Shown here: positions 1-13,283 of the stretch, in pieces | Layout of the letters: each line of letters starts with the position of its first letter | How positions within the stretch are numbered: position 1 is the stretch's first letter | From: Podarcis tiliguerta | Lineage: Eukaryota | DNA: 64,000 nt | Direction: 5' to 3' (one strand) | Assembly (NCBI GenBank): GCA_965153285.1 | Contig: OZ229111.1 | Program-made: the position numbers and the translations under genes | Notes under the pieces: model-generated | What the model was told of the DNA's origin: nothing | The model's database searches: none | What the model saw: the letters and a program-made list of their open reading frames with translations, nothing else

Positions 1-3000
1 AACTGGTATAAAGGCTATGAATCACCATTTACCTTGGATGGCAACTAACTATACCTGTATATGTGGGTGTGGGTGAGAGAGAGAGAGAATTAGGGAAGGG
101 ATTTATCATAGGTGGTCACAGAGCTGTTTGACAGTGGAACAGGGTGCATTGGAAAGTGATGAGCTCTGATTCCTGGAGGTATTTAAGCAAAGGCTGGCTG
201 GGCCTTTGGCAGACATGCTGTAGCTGCATCCCTTGCAGCGCTATGGTTCTAAAAACAGTCCCACTAACCTGACTTTTTCAGAATGCCTTATTTTAGACCT
301 TTGGTTCTCCAAAATCAGTCCTCCTTAACTGATAAGAAAGGCATCAGTTTCCACCAAATCACCCCAGGTTAGTATTCTTGCCCAGCAATCACAACCTACA
401 CATATCTCTGATCTAAAGGCTGTTGCCGCTTCTCATCACCACAGGCCAAGATTTCTGAGGAAGCATCAGGAGTTTTCTGATTGGGTATTGGGAACTGTTA
501 CGGGTCCTCCTCAAAAAGACCCAAACAACAAGAATTCTCTTGCAGAGTCCAGCACTGAGTCCACCTAGGCAGCCAAGGGACAGGATTATCATGGGGATGT
601 TTTCTGCAGTGTGACATCCATAAGAGTGTATTACTGAGAGAGATGAGTCACACTGAACAGGCTGCTTCCAGACAAAACTAACTTTGGAGATTGGAAGACA
701 AGTTCAAGACTGCAGAGTGCTCCAGTCTTCTTCTCCTTTCCCTGAAACCCAGAGCTAAGTGACAGGAGGAGGGTCAGCACAACCCCAGCAGTATGCACAT
801 CTGGATTCTGGAGGGAAGTGCAGGAAAGGGATGACCTGGTGGAAAAGGTACATGGCTTCTCCTATAAAACGTTTCCTGTACTCATGGTTGAGTGCTACAG
901 CAACAGAGTAAGACCACAGCACAGGAATCTGGCATCTGGACACGAGCTGAGAGTAAGTTTTGCAATGGAAAGTGGCAGTAGGAAGGTGCATGTGTGAGAG
1001 TACCAAGGGAAAGGGCAGTGCTACAAAAGGGCTGGCAGAATGTTCATAGGAACAGCAGCATCATGACAGCACTGCGACAAGAAAGGTATGTAAGTGCCTG
1101 TGCTAGGACAGGGACAGAAATTGCCAAACTGGAGAAGGCAAACTACATGCAATGTGGCAGTTATCACCAAGTGTTACATTACTTTGTTTAAAAATGTTAT
1201 GGCCTTCTTCTAATCTGTAGGGATAAAGAAGGCTATATGTCATATGCCTACAAATGGCAGTGGGGGAGGTTTGTTTCCTACTTATACAGATCGGCTGCAA
1301 TAGGCTTGGTGAACAGAGACAGCATTGATTATTGGAGTAGGGCAGGGTGGGGAGCCTTCCATTCTGACCTCTTCCCATTGCCCACACACAGTCTCACTCA
1401 GAAGAACTGGAACCAGGTACAGAGATGGAAGGCTCTAGGACAGGTACAGAGAACCTGCAGCCCTCCAGATGTTTGGGGGCTTCAACTCCTACCAATACCA
1501 GCCAGTATAACCAACTGTTAGGTATGATGTAGTCCAACAGCACCTGGAGGGCCACAAGTTCCCTACTCTGGTTTTAGGAAGTTCTATCCTGTCCTTATTT
1601 TGGGCAGTAGATGTGCAGCATTTAGCAGCTTCATCCCGCCATAACTCCCTCTGTTGTTTTGAGGTTTGATTACCAGATGCAAAGCTCATGCAAAAAAGTA
1701 AAGGAGAACCAACGCCATTCACCTCCTTCCCTGCAAACAGATGCCCCTTTTCTGCACTGTAACTCATCATCACAGCTGTGCTGAAAGCAACACTTTCTAT
1801 TACATACTGGATCATCTTCTAGGAGCTGTGCTGATGTTGGATCAAGACTGCACAGAAGGTCTTATCAGTCCAACTCCAGCAGACAGGCATAGCAGGCAAG
1901 CATCCGGCAGCGATAAAAAGCCTAAGATGCTTTAAAGCAGCAGTGGCCAACATTTTTTTTTGCAAGTGTACAACCACAAATCAAATGTAAAGAATAATGC
2001 AGTGCTACTCAGCCTCACTCTGCAGTACATAATAAAATGTTCTAGTGTCTTGGAACTGTTTTGCTTCTGTCTACTGGAGTAGACAATAGCACAGCATGAG
2101 AGAGCCAGGTAGGAGCACAGTGATTCCAAGCCATTGTTAGGTCCAGAGGTCCTCCATTTCCCATCGACATGTACTACAAACTCCTACTGCTTGTGTCAGA
2201 GGTTGGCAGCCTATGCCTTAAAGCCATTGTTTCAAGCTCTTCGCCTTCAGAGAACCCTGATCACATTGACCTTTCTGACAAGGAGCATCTGTATATTGCA
2301 AAAAATTGTGCTGAAAGTTTTAGGGAGCACATTTAGTTCACATAGTGCACTTGTCAGACCAGCTGGGTTGCTTCACAAAGCCCACATATGAGGAAAATGT
2401 GCTCCTTAGAATTCCCCTGAGGCTCTGTACTGCAAGGGAAGATTGCTAGTGGCTGGCAAGTCATCTATAAGGTCTGTCATTACTATTCTTCCACTGAGGA
2501 ACCCATTGAGGAACCTGAGCCTCCAGAACAGGTTTGAAAACAACTATCTTAAGAGTAATAAAACCTATTGTTGAATCAAAGGGAGAAACCTTTGTTGAAA
2601 ATGCAGTGTGGATGATGCCAAGCAGCCTGCTGTTGGGACCTTTCCAAGACCAGTGGGCCTACTAGGTTGAAGGACAGCTTGCCCAGGGAGCTATCCAGGA
2701 TGCTGGGCTTTGGTGTGAGACAACCATGATTTATGTACCTCTGACTTAAAGGGAAGGTCTGTGTTTGGTAGCTAGGTTGCCATAGCTGATGTTTTCAACA
2801 AGTTGTGTATGCTAAGATGCTTATAAGTTACGATTTAGACCCTACTTGGTAGAATTGGGAGGCACAGTTATAAACTAATTGTAGCAGATAATGTATTTAT
2901 TTTGTCCATGGTCTTCACCTCATAATATGCCCAAGCTCTCACTTGCACACATATACACAGAGACACAAATATGCTTAGCCTGCTGGTACGGCAGTAAATG

Positions 3001-4999
3001 CTGCTACACAGCGGAGCATGCTAAGAGCGACTGCTGCTGGGCACATGCTTAGCAAAGAGCACTCACCCCCAGCCCATTATCCCATCCCCACCTTCCGCCT
3101 TGCACAACACTGGCTGCTGGAATAGCATCTCACAACCCTGTAAAGTTTGCTACTATAAAGCATGCTTCATGCCAGATCAGGAAGCGTACATTACTAGCTG
3201 GACGGTAGCTGCAGAAGGACGCGGGCTTTGCTTTGACAGCAGCTGTGCTGTGACAGGCCACAGTTTAATTTAGCCTTTTCCTCCACTCCCCATCAGAGAA
3301 GTGAAGAGTGAGCACAAGGCTAGCATACCAAAACAGCCCTCCAGGGGCCAAGGAAGTAAAATAAAATTCCAGCCTGGTCAAAGCAACAAGTTAGCAGAAA
3401 TTATGCCTTCAAAACAAGACCACTTAAGACAACAAGAGGTGATTGCCCCTGTGAAAACCCAGTGGGAAAGCAGAAGTGCAAAGACAAGATCAGAAACCTG
3501 ATTCCCAGATCCCAGGTCTCAGAGCAGAAATAGGGAAGCTGCGGCTCTCCAGAAGGCCTTGGGACTACAACTCCCATCATCCTTGACCACTGGCTAATGG
3601 GCTAATGGGAGCTGAAATCTAACAACATCTAGAGGCCCAGAGTTCCACATTCCTGTCTGATAGGGTGCTCTTCCCATGGCTGGGATTCATGGCATATGTT
3701 ACTTACTCAGAGGACCCTCCTTCCCACCTTCCTTGACAAAGAGGTGCAATTTCCCTTCTCAGGAAGGATTTGTTGCTTTACTACATTCACATGCCAATAT
3801 TTTTATGCTTCTTAAGGGAAATGTCTCATTCTCCTCTTTAACATCTCCATCCTTAGACACAGCGGGCTGGATCTGCTAATAGAGAGCTGACACGTGTATT
3901 GCAGCAAATGCTGCTACTGCTGTGCACCTGCTACTGATGCAAATTGAAAGAAATGTGTAGCAGGCACTCAATGCCCGCAGGGCACCATGGTGAATTAGTT
4001 GGACTGGTGGCAGTGAGGAGGCAAAACAGCCTACACACATCTGCTCTGACTTCATTTTCATCATGTGACTCTGACTGCCACTAGGCTGGAAGAAAATATC
4101 CACTTCAGTCTTGCTGCTACCCAGCTGTTTAACTGAGCTGTCTGGATTACTTGGTAGTCTACTAACTAGATGCTAAAGATCAGAAGGTTGTAAAAGTATT
4201 GAGGGAATTCGCTGCCTAAAGGGACTTGGAGTGGACCCATTACATTGGAATCACTGCAGAAGAAGGCAGTGGTAGCATTGGAAATATTAGGGATGACTTC
4301 TACAGCAGAATGCTGCCTTTAATGAGAAAGCCTGATAGCTTTCCCCTAATATTTGGACCAATAAATTGTGATGACAGGCACCTGCTATCTTGTATGTAAG
4401 ACATTATTCTGTGATGTATTGGTAGGAAGTATCATCTCATGAGCATCTTCCATGAATTTAAAGGGTTTAACATGAAGTGGGTGGGGAGAATCTGCAGGAT
4501 GAAGAGGATGCAGAAAAGGTAGTATTATAAAGTCTAGCCCTTTCTTGAGGGGGAGTGGATTCAGTAGGCCATTTAGACCTAAACTACACATAATGGGGAG
4601 ATGCACACATGCCATTGACCTGCATCTCCCCTGCAGAATACGTAATATTCTTTGTTCAGGTGCCCCTTTGTGGAACCTTCATCTTGCCCAGGGCTTTCAT
4701 TTCCTGTGTGAAAGCAAAGCCTTCAGCACATGTTAATAAGCTGAAATGATTCCTGGAAGGAGCATGCTGTTCCTTAGAGTGATACACACACCCTAAATAA
4801 ACAGATGTGTAACAGGAAGACTCAAGGATTCTTTCAGTTTGCACCAGTACCGAGTAGCACTAAGCCCAACATTGCTACCTCCTTGATGTGCAGGTGGCAA
4901 TGAGGACCACTGCTACCCCTATGAGCAAAAGAGAGTGCAAGAAAGGGGAGGTCATCACAGCCCTCAAGTTCAAAATGGGCTGGATAAAAAAACCCTCAC

Positions 5000-5113
5000 C
5001 TGGTTTTCAGCAGGCAGTCGTGGCATGGAGGCAGCACGTCCATGACCTTCCATGGGCAGGTACTGGTCACTGTCTGAGTAGCCCTCCCTTGCCATCTCCC
5101 GCATCTCTACAGA
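5000..5113 (-). CDS. CACNA1A: CACNA1A exon 43 ([38 protein letters not shown])
   Basis: aatccag|TCT GTA...AAC CAG|gtgagg; 114 nt; GRAASMPRL motif. Confidence 0.96.
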
Positions 5114-6896
5114 CTGGATTAGGCAAAGCAGATGAATTTATTGATTGATTTAAAACATTTATAAACCTCTTAGTATTTGAAAAGCCTCTAAGAAGTGCAC
5201 AACATAAAAAACAGTAAACAACATCATTAAAATAGAAATACAACATAAAACAGTACCAAGGAGAAACAGGAATTTAGAGAATTCATACAAGAAAAAAAAG
5301 GGGGCAATCTTATGGGCCAGAGAAAGCCTGGGCAAAAAGATACATTTTTATGCCATGTCTGAAGCAATGGGGTCACGACATATGGGATGCCAGATTTGGG
5401 GGATCTGGGAGGGGACAGATGTGGAACAACTGACCAAAGATTAAAGAGCTCAATGGACTTCAAACATAGAATCTACTTATTCTGGCCTCATGCTGCTGGC
5501 AACCTCTAGTCATTAAGTATTCTTCTGCTAAACATGATTTGACCTCCTTGTCTCTAGCTCTCATAAATATATTTCCTACCCAAATCCAGGAATACAAGTC
5601 AGAGGCAATGAGCATTTTAGATTCTGGATCTGCAGGCTGTTGTACTGCTGCTGTGTCCTGTGGAATCCCACATACAAGTGGTGATTGGTGTGGACTGGAG
5701 AAGAAACCAAATGCAACTGGAGCCAGAACAAACTAATTCTGTTTTTCTCCTCAACCTTCTTCCTGGTACTTTGAGTACTGCAAAGGCAACACTGAGAGGA
5801 AGAAACTGACAGCCAGTGCCATTCTCTGGACTGGTTGTAAGGAGGAAGGCAGGCAGATTGGGGCTGGCTGAGGGCAGGTAGACATTGGTGGTGCAGCATC
5901 CCATTTGCCTTAATGGAGCAGCCTCCATTGATATACAAATGGTTCAAATATGCTGTGCAAAGTCTTTGGAGCCTGCAGGACACAGCAAGAGGCAGGGGTG
6001 AATTCTCCTAAGGCGCTTTCTCCTAAGGCTGCCATATATAAAATCATGCAAGGAAAGAGGGCGTTGCTAGTATTCTTGGAGAAATCACTCCTATTCTCCC
6101 AGTTCATAGGCTGAGAGCCAAATGCACACTACGGAGGAACATCTGTCCCAATAAGGTAGTAGACTTATGACTGTGGAAAGAAATCAGTAGATTGTGACTG
6201 AAAATGACATGTAATGTGCCAGGATGGATTTTCCTCTCAAATGACACTGTGTTCATGATACAGAGCATAACTGCAATTTTATCTTTAAGACAAATATTTT
6301 GAGAACAGCCATATGAACACTGAGCATCAACATTCATACTTCTCCATTTAACTCACGTGGAGCCCCTACAATCTAGGTGGCGGTGAGGTTTTGCTTCACC
6401 TTTGGAGTCCCTTCCCCCTTTGTTTAAGGTAAGGTGAATTCATATGATCAAATTAGCATGGCAAGAAGGCAATATGAGCAAGCACAGGCTGAGTTCAGTT
6501 TATGGCAAAAAGATTTTGCAGCTGATTCACCACAATTTGCAACTCATCTCCCTTTTGTCATGCTACCAAAATTTTATAGAGTAGGTTGCACAGGGTGCTG
6601 TAAATGTGGGCTGTCATGAGATCCAAGTGTCACACACGATTCCTTCCTCTTCAGCTGAAGCTCAACCCATATTGGCCTGACCCACATCTCAACTATTTGC
6701 TCCTCTGAACTGGACCTTCCTGAGCAACTTTCCTATGATTCTGGAATTTTCAAAACACGATGTCTGATTCTAGTGAAAGATTGCATATTATAACAGATTT
6801 TAAAAAGATTCCCAGAGGACAAACTGGTCAGAGAAGAGAGAAAGATTGAGAGATAGGCAAGTGCCAGTCCAAGCACCTAGCTGGCACACAAACCAC

Positions 6897-7035
6897 CTGG
6901 GAATTGGTCCGGCTATTGGGTATCTCTTCCGGGCGCCCCGGCTCCGGGCTCCAGGTTCCTGTCTTCTGGAACATTTCTTGCGCTCGTTGTGTGACCCAGG
7001 ATTCACTTTCTTTGATTCCTCCTTCCTGCATGGTC
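6897..7035 (-). CDS. CACNA1A: CACNA1A exon 42 (CBD region: [46 protein letters not shown])
   Basis: ctgctccag|G ACC ATG...TCC CAG|gtggtt; 139 nt. Confidence 0.95.
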
Positions 7036-7486
7036 CTGGAGCAGAAAGAATAGTCAGACTATAACAAGTTGCTGCACAGTCACAAACAGAGTCTGATGAC
7101 ACAGTATCATTAGGGTTGTGGAAATAGCTACAATAGCTGCCTTGTCAGGTTCCCTGCTATTCATAACCCTAGAGTTTCCCAGCTAAGTAAACACAGCCAG
7201 AATCTGGTAGTTTCAGGAACTCTTATACAGTACCTGGAAAGCATACAGCAGGGATCAGTCATGTACAGAACCACATCAGGAAAGCCCCCCACTCAAGCTG
7301 ACATACTGAAAACCAGAGACAAACTCCCTTGAGAATATTTAGTAAAGGCTTGTATACAAACATCTAAAGCAGAAAATATCTATAAAAATACACTGTAGTG
7401 TTTCTGGGCTGAAGACTCCAGTTATATCTATTGTGTGGATAATCATTGTGTGGATAATCTAGTAATCTATGATGATGGTTCTACAA

Positions 7487-7811
7487 CAGGGGTCAGCAAA
7501 CTTTTTCAGCAGGGGGCCAGTCCACTGTCCCTCAGACCTTGTGGAGGGCCAGACCATTTTTTTTTGGTGGGGGGGGATGAACAAATTCCTATTCCCCACA
7601 AATAACCCAAAGATGCATTTTAAATAAAAGCACACATTCTACTCACGTAAAAACACTAGGCAGGTCCCACAAATAACCCAGAGATGCATTTTAAATAAAA
7701 GGACACATTCTACTCATGTAAAAACACGCTGATTCCCAGACCATCTGCAGGCCGGATTTAGAAGGTGATTGGGCTGGATCCGGCCCCTGGGCCTTAGTTT
7801 GCCTACCCATG
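7487..7811. mobile_element. hAT-type non-autonomous DNA transposon (MITE)
   Basis: Imperfect TIRs CAGGGGTCAGCAAACT / AGTTTGCCTACCCATG; 8-bp TSD TTCTACAA (7479-7486, 7812-7819); internal ~55-bp direct duplication. Confidence 0.85.
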
Positions 7812-7900
7812 TTCTACAAGGTGTCTGATTCTGCACATTCTGTTTCTGAGATGTCTTTTCGAATATAGCAGGTCTGAAAGCTATACTGATTAAGACTCAC

Positions 7901-8010
7901 GTTCCATCCCCTTGATCCAGTTGTGAGGAAGGGAGAGCATTCTGTCCTGGGCCACCTTCCTGGGATGGGGATGCTAGATCCATGCGCTGGAACATAAGTG
8001 GTGTCCGATT
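7901..8010 (-). CDS. CACNA1A: CACNA1A exon 41 ([36 protein letters not shown])
   Basis: tcctgtag|AAT CGG...GGA AC|gtgagt; 110 nt. Confidence 0.95.
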
Positions 8011-8612
8011 CTACAGGAAAGCACAGAATGATGCACAAGTTGGTATTTAGATATCTGTTGGAAAATACATGCAGCTATTAAATAGCTTCTTTTCCTCGAG
8101 TAAAAGTTCAGACCATTTGAAAAGCTGTCAGTGACAAGACAATCCCTGCATGCTTTGAACTGTGAGTGAAACCTTGCTCACAGACTGATACATTGCCTAT
8201 TGGCTTTACTGAGAAGCCACACTCTTCCCTCTATCACTGTCAATTGGCAGCAGTCATTTCATCAGGCTAAAGCAGGGTAGGTGGGGAGAGAGGAGTTCTA
8301 GGGCCACTCCACTGATGCAGCTGAGAGTCTAGTAACCATTGGCTCTTCCTTGCCTTGAATTGGGCATTATAAGAACTTGTACTTAAGAACTGACACTGAA
8401 GTTTGAGCATTTCCTCCTTGCCAGGGAGTTTCCCCCCCTGATTTTACTTAGCTCCAGTTCCTTCACAATTCAAGAAGGCATCTCAAGATTCTCCTCCAAC
8501 CCTGCCTTTGATGCATATTGCATCAAAATTATTTGGCACATGTACATCTGCATGACTGCACACACACAACTGCACAAATACAGTATCATAAATCCCTCCC
8601 CCCCCTAAAATA

Positions 8613-9120
<508 letters not shown>

Positions 9121-9314
9121 TCAGCTTATTCTTCCCTTAGGTTTGTCTAAAGGTGAACTCTGCCCTTCAGTTTGGGCTGAGATTTCTTGGCTGGTGGGGT
9201 GCCATCACTGTAAGTCTGTGTGTATGTGCGCGCATGTAAAATTGTTAATTCCTTCATGGGTTTTGTAGTTGCAGCTCAGGTAGACATGAATGAATGTGGA
9301 CAGAATGAATGTCA

Positions 9315-9605
<291 letters not shown>

Positions 9606-10613
9606 TTAGGGCAGATCCATGCCATACATTTAAAGTATATTCAATGCAGAATATAGAATTACAGAGGTACGATTCCTAGCAGCCTTAACAAACTACAGTT
9701 CCCAGGATTCTTTGGGGGAAGTCATGTGCTTTAAATGTGTATTGGATGTGCTTTAAATGTATGGTATGGATGTGCCCCGTTGCTGTTACAGCCACTCTAC
9801 ATCAGAGTTGAATGAGTCACACTTCACATTGTAGGTGTTAGTTGGTATGTTTGACCATTGCTGCCCTCAACATTTCCTGGGACACAGAAAACTGGCAAGT
9901 CAGTGAGGATTCTAGAACAGATTTCTCCTTAACATTCTAAAGTTCTATATCAGAATATTCTACATCATTTTTTTTAAATTTTTTTATTTTGGTCAGGGTG
10001 CATTCCATTACACTCAGTAAGATGACTCCTTGCATGTAGGTCAGAGATGGGGAACCTGTGGGCCTCCATATGTTGCTGGACTACAACTCCCATCATCCCT
10101 GACCATTGGTCATATTGGCTGAAGCGGAGTCAGAGTCTGGAAGGCCACAGGTTCTGCAACCCTTATCTACACTTTGGGAGAAGTCTTCCTGAGAGATGTG
10201 GAATGATGCACCCTGGGGCATTCTGCTCCATGGGATGTTTCTGTGCTCCCTGACCTCACCTGTGGGGGGCAAGGAGACAAACTACTATGGCAAAATAACC
10301 AGAAAGATATCCAACCCAAGTGAGTCAGAAAAGGGGCCTTGGAGCTTTTAATAATGACATTTCATCCTGTGTAAAACTGTACAGTGAAATGTTCCTTGGT
10401 TTTAAAGGCAGTATCACTCTTCTGATGGGTTCTTTAACATAACTGCTTTCTTCATGCATAGGCTGGTACTGGGATGTTTGACCAATTTAAGAGGCAAAAT
10501 GCCTACCCCTTACTCCTCCTCCCTGGGGAATATCTGGTCCAGGGAGCCTTGCTTCTCCTATAGGCATTTGCATTCATATTTATGTGCAATGTATCATCTA
10601 TATAAAAGAACTA

Positions 10614-10978
10614 AAAGGTAAAGGTAAAGGTAGCCCTGCCCGTACGGGCCAGTCTTGACAGACTCTAGGGTTGTGCGCCCATCTCACTCAAGAGGCCGGG
10701 GGCCAGCGCTGTCCGGAGACACTTCTGGGTCATGTGTCCAGCGTGACATCGCTGCTCTGGCGAGCCAGAGCCGCACACGGAAATGCCGTTTACCTTCCTG
10801 CTAGTAAGCGGTCCCTATTTATCTACTTGCACCCGGGAGTGCTTTCGAACTGCTAGGTTGGCAGGCGCTGGGACCGAACAACGGGAGCGCACCCCGCTGC
10901 GGGGATTCGAGCCGCCGACCTTTCGATCGGCAAGCCCTAGGCGCTGAGGCTTTTACCGACAGCGCCACCCGTGTCCCC
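10614..10978 (-). mobile_element. Sauria SINE, full length, with 12-bp TSD
   Basis: (ACCTTT)n tail (aaaggtaaaggt on plus), tRNA-like head with B-box, core tttatctacttgcac/gctttcgaactgctagg. TSD ATAAAAGAACTA at 10602-10613 and 10979-10990. Confidence 0.9.
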
Positions 10979-11156
10979 ATAAAAGAACTAGCAGGTACTA
11001 TAATTGTGCAGTGGTAGTAGTGTAGCTAATGAGGTTAATCTGAGGCAAAATTATTGCTAATTGAAAACTTTTCCCAGGCTTTGCTTTCCAATATTTAATT
11101 CAATTTCCCAGAATTCTCTAATCTGTTAGGAAAGAAACTGTTCTCTCTTGCTGTCA

Positions 11157-11297
<141 letters not shown>

Positions 11298-11962
11298 TCA
11301 CAACTCCCCACCACCCAGGTTATCATGCACAGAGGAGTATATGAGCTCTGGGGAGAACTCTGAGTTCAATAATTTGCATCGAATCCTCCTACTCATGTTT
11401 TAACTTCACTTCCCACCCAGTATCATGAGGACCAGAGCCCAGTTGCAATATGTTAATATCTGGATACTCTGCTCTTATCACACCTTATTTTGCTTTCACC
11501 CAACTGCTTTCAGATACTGGTATGTGGATTCCACATCAGCTACTAGAAGATGGGCCTGGAAAATCCCCCACATAATAACTGTATGGACCTGGTTGCACTC
11601 CTAAACATGTTGCTTAGAAATTCATCCCACTGAGATTTACCTTAAACATTCTGCAAGATTATCTACTGGGTTTTTGCCAATGACTTTAGCCAGAGATGAC
11701 TGTAGTCTGAAGACCTCTGCAAGGAGACCCTTATGTTGTCTGTATTAGACTTGGAGGCAGTTTCCTGGCTTCTGTTCTAGCCCACTGTGTCCCAATCAGT
11801 TTTCAGAATTAGGAATATTCTAGTCTCCTAGCTTGGGTCACTAGAGCTACTCTCATCCCCTAGCTGTAGATGAGTCCCATGTGTCCTGTCCAACTAAGTC
11901 TCTCATGATGTAATCTCTCCTCTCCAGAATGTATCCCTTTTAAGGTCCTCTTCCAAACTTAC

Positions 11963-11990
11963 ACAGAGTTCTCCCCAAAGAGCTCATTGT
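11963..11990 (-). other. Candidate 28-nt poison (NMD) microexon in intron 37b-38
   Basis: Long T-rich tract ending tttatatag|ACAATGAGCTCTTTGGGGAGAACTCTGT|gtaagt. Inclusion creates T|AG stop at the exon 38 junction. No transcript evidence available. Confidence 0.4.
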
Positions 11991-12148
11991 CTATATAAAA
12001 GTAAAAAAGTGTAAAAAAAAGGAAAAACCCAAATAAAATCCCAACTATCCAAGACAGCAGTAGACAGCAGTGGTAAAGGGTTGGGGTCCAAGGAGAATGC
12101 ACACAAACATTCAACAGAACAGGTTTCATCAAATGCGCAAGACTAGAG

Positions 12149-12194
12149 CATGCAAAAAGAGCATGCAGCATGCAGCACAGTGCAAAAGCATGCA
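12149..12194 (-). promoter_or_regulatory. Cluster of four UGCAUG (RBFOX) motifs on the pre-mRNA strand
   Basis: catgca on plus strand at 12149, 12162, 12169 and 12189. Confidence 0.65.
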
Positions 12195-13283
12195 CAGAGA
12201 ACACGTTGAGACTCATTCATAGCTCTGGTATAGATTGCTCTAAGGGAGAGATCCGGATTGTGGGCTCTTGGTGCAAAAAATGGGTGCATCCTTAAGGTAG
12301 AAAAGAAAGAAATGAAATTGACAGACTATGGGCCATGTGCCATTCCTGAGCCAAGGCTGTGGGCTGGAGATCACACAAGATGCTCAGGGTGGGGCTTGAC
12401 CAGCTAGTGCATTAGCTGAGATAGGACCAATGGAAATGGGGGTTAGACGGTCAGGGTCCTTGGGGTTCATTAAGTGGATGTCACTGAACAGAGGTGCACA
12501 GAATGACAGATGAGATCAAAAACTCTGAAGGAAGAGGAGAAAGAAAGAGGGAGACACACATATAGATGATGGTGATGATAATGATGATGACACATTAAGT
12601 AGGAAGATCCCTCAGGAATCTGATGTCCAGAAAACCTGTAAATCTTGGGAGAGCAGCCTGCATTAGACTGAACAGATCTTCCTCAGTGCTTCGTACTTGG
12701 GTACTCAGAATTTCCTCCTCGTTGGCAATTTGGTAAGAATGCTGCCTGTGCCCTCACATTACCTTGTGTTCCTGAGCTGTCCATGAACAAGGTACATGGC
12801 CTGTGCATCAAATCCATTTCTGTCACATAACTTAATTCAACCTGTCAGAAGATCTTGCAGAGTCAAGCCTTTCTTTTGGGCCATATGCAGGATCTGTTGT
12901 GGATCCCAAAGGTGAGGCACCTCATAAAACAAGATGAAGCAACCTTATTTTCCTTCTCATCCCTTAGACCTTCCTTTTGCATTGCATTCAGAATTCAGAG
13001 AGGACTGGGGATGGACTCTCTGGACTTTTTGGCAGTTGACCAAAAGTTTAACAATAGTTGTAGAAATTATATTTTTGCTTTGCAACCAGAACTCAATAGC
13101 CACACCTCTTGGTGACTGCCTCACTCAGGGCTTGTCGACTTTTCCACTTGTGCCGTGCCTAGAAAGCATGGGTCCAAGAAGTTTTCCCTTGTCCTGTTCC
13201 TTTCCAAGGGAAAACATGCTCTTTAGTGATAGATTGGAACAAATGGCAATTTGCGGGGAACCTGAATTGTTATTTCCTCTGAT

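Noticed and set aside
33-54. Possible 22-nt cassette (atacag|GTATAG...CCAAG|gtaaat) or exon 44
   Set aside because: It does not encode an RRRGRPRGNNLS-like peptide and its pyrimidine tract is a (CT)n microsatellite; likely chance.
7590-7730. Direct repeats as a CRISPR-like array
   Set aside because: Only two copies, internal to a hAT MITE, in eukaryotic intronic DNA.
11963-11990. The 28-nt exon as a third in-frame alternative to 37a/37b (28 and 97 are both 1 mod 3)
   Set aside because: Joining to exon 36 gives TG|A = TGA and the peptide has no EF-hand similarity; kept only as a poison-exon candidate.
12763-12771. Possible 9-nt in-frame microexon GAACACAAG|gtaatg
   Set aside because: Good donor, but the acceptor lacks a pyrimidine tract and has a competing AG 5 nt upstream.
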